From: Octopus bimaculoides
Lineage: Eukaryota
Assembly: GCF_001194135.2 (NCBI RefSeq)
Contig: NC_068982.1
Span: 158,404,307 to 158,460,748 of the forward strand
DNA length: 56,442 nucleotides
Reading direction: 5' to 3'
In this document: positions 53,399-56,442 of the stretch, piece by piece
Numbering within the stretch: the first letter of the stretch is position 1
Layout: each line of letters starts with the position of its first letter
The notes under the pieces: model-generated
What the model was told of the DNA's origin: nothing
Database searches by the model: none
What the model saw: only the letters and a program-made list of their open reading frames with translations
Position numbers and translations under genes: made by a program

Positions 53399-53587
53399 GA
53401 CTGTTTCATATATACATATTTATACACGAATGGTTTATGTATATATNNNNNNNNNNNNNNNNNNNNNNNNNNNNNNNNNNNNNNNNNNNNNNNNNNNNNN
53501 NNNNNNNNNNNNNNNNNNNNNNNNNNNNNNNNNNNNTATATATATATATATATATATATTGCGGAAATGTACTTGCATAGCAAGTGA

Positions 53588-53762
53588 CTTGATCTGAGAT
53601 CGCGTGCTGAAACTAAAACAATTGCAGCGTGGAATGTGTTTATAAGCCATTTTAAAACACACAAAAACCGTTAGATTCATTTCAGCTTTTAAATTTAATT
53701 TGCCAAAACATTTTCGTCGCTTTGAAACCGCGACCTGTTGACTGATAAAATTTCGTGCTGCA
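53588..53762 (+). repeat. Unclassified interspersed repeat (second copy at ~25498-25670)
   Basis: Aligns with 25498-25670. Confidence 0.7.
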
Positions 53763-53990
53763 AAATATGCTGCTAATGATTCTGTTCAGCCTGCTTTCGA
53801 TTTTGCCAGTCCACCGTATTGACTATTGCAATAATAATGCAACCAAATTAACGCTCGCCTTTCTCTGACAATGCATTTATGTGCGTAATTCCTGGGTTAG
53901 TATATGATATATTTGAGTGAATGCTAGTAGTTGAATTAGAAGAAATATGAAGAAATCCAAAAGTGTGGTATCACTTCTGGTGGGACCCAC

Positions 53991-54158
53991 CGTTACTTCT
54001 GTGCCTCCCATTAGTGGAGATTTTCCTCTTCGACTTTGATCCAATCGCCAGTCACTTAAAACACGAACGACCTGAGGTTTTGTAGGATCGACCAAGCGGA
54101 ATGACGATATGTTGACTCCATGGTGCGTAAATTCTTTTAGCTCATCGTAGCGTATATC
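53991..54158 (-). CDS. GRIK2-like: Internal coding exon (168 nt, phase 0/0) of a kainate-type ionotropic glutamate receptor, amino-terminal domain
   Basis: Minus strand reads ttttccAG|GATATACGC...GTAACG|GTgggt. Translation: DIRYDELKEFTHHGVNISSFRLVDPTKPQVVRVLSDWRLDQSRRGKSPLMGGTEVT. This resembles vertebrate GluK '[24 protein letters not shown]...SIIEKWSMERL...FMT', including the GVNxS/T sequon. It splices in frame to the exon at 28843-28995. Family is well supported; exact orthology is not. Confidence 0.88.
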
Positions 54159-55625
54159 CTGGAAAACATGAAAGATTAAAACTAAATAGCATAAATTATA
54201 AATTCTTGGTTACGCAACGTTTTAGTATAATTTCAACTCACTCTGTTTAATAGCTTCATGCATAAAGAAAAACTAATTACAGAGAATTATGTAAAGAATT
54301 CATATAGCTATGAATATTAAATGGATTTTACACAACGCTTTGTAAATAGCCTAGAAAGACGCCAGCTTAACATTTTGAAATCAGGAAATGCGTACACACA
54401 CATATACTGACGCATGCTCTCCCAAACAAATAATCCGAAAGTTTCCAGCACATAATCGGAGAGACTAAATTTCAAAAGAGGAAATTTTCAATTACAGAGA
54501 ACATACACAGAGCAACGTATTCCACAAATAATATAGCTGTACACATCAAACGATTGAAGTAAAATTAGTGGCACTGCCGAACTCATCTTCTGCTATGAAT
54601 TTGAAAATGGGAGGGAAAAAAGTAGTAATATATGTATCTGGGTGTATTAATTATATCATATTTCGTATAAATTATTAGCATTAACTTGACTGAAGATATT
54701 AAATATATACATATGTTTCGTACGATATGTCTGTGTGTATTTAAAAGGATATACACACATGTTACTTTATAACGTTTTAGGAATTTGGTTTGATATTTGA
54801 ATAACACAGCTTGGAATGAAGAAAATTGACATTACGCGTGTAAGAGAGTATTGAGGTAAGAGACTTTTCATTTGAAATGGTATATAAAAAAAAAAACCCA
54901 GAAGTTATATAGAAGTTATTTAATTGATAAAAGACTAATACGCATTCGTAGAGGGTCCCTTGTCAGTTTGAGTCAGTAGTCAGTTGTAATTCCTGGAGGA
55001 AAGCCAATTGTTGTTAAAGAGAAATGGCTACACCATGTAAAATGTATGCATTTATTCTCAAATGTGAATTGAAACGCAAGTTAAATTATGTTTCCAGTGT
55101 TGTTACAGATTTCAATTTTCCTATCAAATACATTGACATCCGCTAAGTGAAGGTAGAAATAGATGCACACTCGTATTGACAGAAATGCACACATTCAAAC
55201 ATACCACCGATCTATCAACGAGCGCAAAATATATTACGTATAGATAATTAGTTGTGTATCTAAATATGCACTAATTGTGCGCACGCATGAATATTTGTGC
55301 GTGTATATATGTATTTACAATGGAATGTATATTGTACTTAGTATTATTGCCGATATTATATTTCCTCCATCCTTTGCCCCACTTAGTTTTGGATATGTAA
55401 AATGCGATCGTGACATAATCAGCCTAGAATGGAGCTCGTTCCACCAGGTCTGGATGCAGCCAATTTGATATCTAGAGAGCGAGGGAACAACGAAAAGAAA
55501 AACAGAAGAACCAGTACTGGGCTAACATTTATTGTCCATGAAAATATGCAAATCAAAGTTGGCGTCATCATAATATAAACTAAGAACGCAAAACGCTAGA
55601 ATAATCACTCCAGTTATTTATCCAC

Positions 55626-55835
55626 ACGCTGGCAACATCGTTAGCACGCCGGGCAAAATGTTTCGTGGCATTTCGTTCGATTTTACGTTCTGAGTTAAAA
55701 TTCCGTCGAGTTCTGCTTTGCCTGCCATCCTTTCTAGGCGATATAATAAAGTACCATTTGAACATTGACATAGATTCAATCAACTGCCCTCCCCTCAAAT
55801 CCTGCTGGTCGTATACTAAAGTTTGAAACCAATAT
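55626..55835 (+). mobile_element. SINE family A (diverged)
   Basis: gctggcaacatcgttagcacgccgggc...ttctgagttaaaattccgtcgag. Confidence 0.7.
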
Positions 55836-55956
55836 GAAGCATTAAAAATTCAAATTTCGTCGATATTAAGAGTTCTATGTTTAAGAGATGAGGAAGTATG
55901 TACATTATTTGCATTATTTATATTTGACGATATTTGTCCTCATCTTATTTTTTGTT

Positions 55957-56002
55957 AAAATAACGTTTCGGCTGATATACTCTCCGTCCTTCTTCAGGTG
56001 TC
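55957..56002 (-). ncRNA. Decayed minimal hammerhead-like motif
   Basis: Minus strand: GACAC-CTGAAGA-A-GGACGG(AGAGTATAT)CAGCC-GAAAC-GTT-ATTTT. The core and the ACGU helix III are intact; helices I and II carry mismatches. Confidence 0.45.
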
Positions 56003-56064
56003 TTGGGAAAATTTAGAAGCTGGGTTCTCATTCCTAAGGTGTTTTTTGATATTATTATTATTAT

Positions 56065-56442
56065 TCAGTAGTTTTATTTTTATAACGTGCTTTCACTTCA
56101 CTACCGAGCGCAGCTCTGTGCGCCTTGGGTATGTGCTGTGGTTTGCTGTGGTGCTCTTATGTTTACTGTATTGAAAGTGTTTTGCGTAGAATGTGTGCAG
56201 TACCCAGTAGTGCAATTTTCTGTATGTTATATATATTTGTAAGTCCTGGTGTTTTTGTTATGTATTTGTCTGAATATTTTTTTATTATACATAAGGCACC
56301 TGCTATGATAGGAATTGTTTCTGTTTTTAGATTCCACATTCGAGTTATCTCTATTTCCAGGTCTTTGTATTTTGAAAGTTTTTCCATTTCTTTTAGAGAA
56401 ACGTTGTCATCTGCTGGTATTGAAACATCAATTAGAAGGCAT
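56065..56442 (-). mobile_element. Second R4/Dong-like copy (3' end; runs off the window edge)
   Basis: Encodes 'CLLIDVSIPADDNVSLKEMEKLSKYKDL...' (PD-(D/E)xK-type RLE region). Positions 56065-56428 differ from 3231-3594 at only 3 positions. A short (ATT)n tail lies at 56051-56064. Confidence 0.88.

Overview
AT-rich, microsatellite-dense animal genomic DNA from a draft assembly (13 N-gaps, about 4.8 kb). The repeat repertoire points to an octopus or other cephalopod; this is inferred, not verified. The whole window appears to lie inside one minus-strand gene for a kainate-type ionotropic glutamate receptor. Two in-frame, phase-0 exons encoding the amino-terminal domain are visible (54158-53991 and 28995-28843), joined by a ~25 kb GT-AG intron. 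No further exon was found in the remaining 28.8 kb. The introns hold two ~99%-identical R4/Dong-like RLE retrotransposon 3' fragments in (TAA)n tracts, a decayed Penelope-like element with GIY-YIG remnants and ~420-bp inverted terminal repeats, two CR1-group LINE fragments, a LINE-like 3' end with two degenerate C2H2 fingers, a mariner fragment, several MITEs, two Helitron-type 3' ends and many tRNA-derived SINEs. The most striking unannotated signal is a set of about ten minimal hammerhead-ribozyme-like motifs (CUGANGA - helix II - GAAA - UH). They include an 87-bp tandem dimer with one intact core on the pre-mRNA strand. Several long fold-back inverted repeats could form dsRNA in this neural pre-mRNA. 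All calls were made by eye; coordinates of repeats are approximate.
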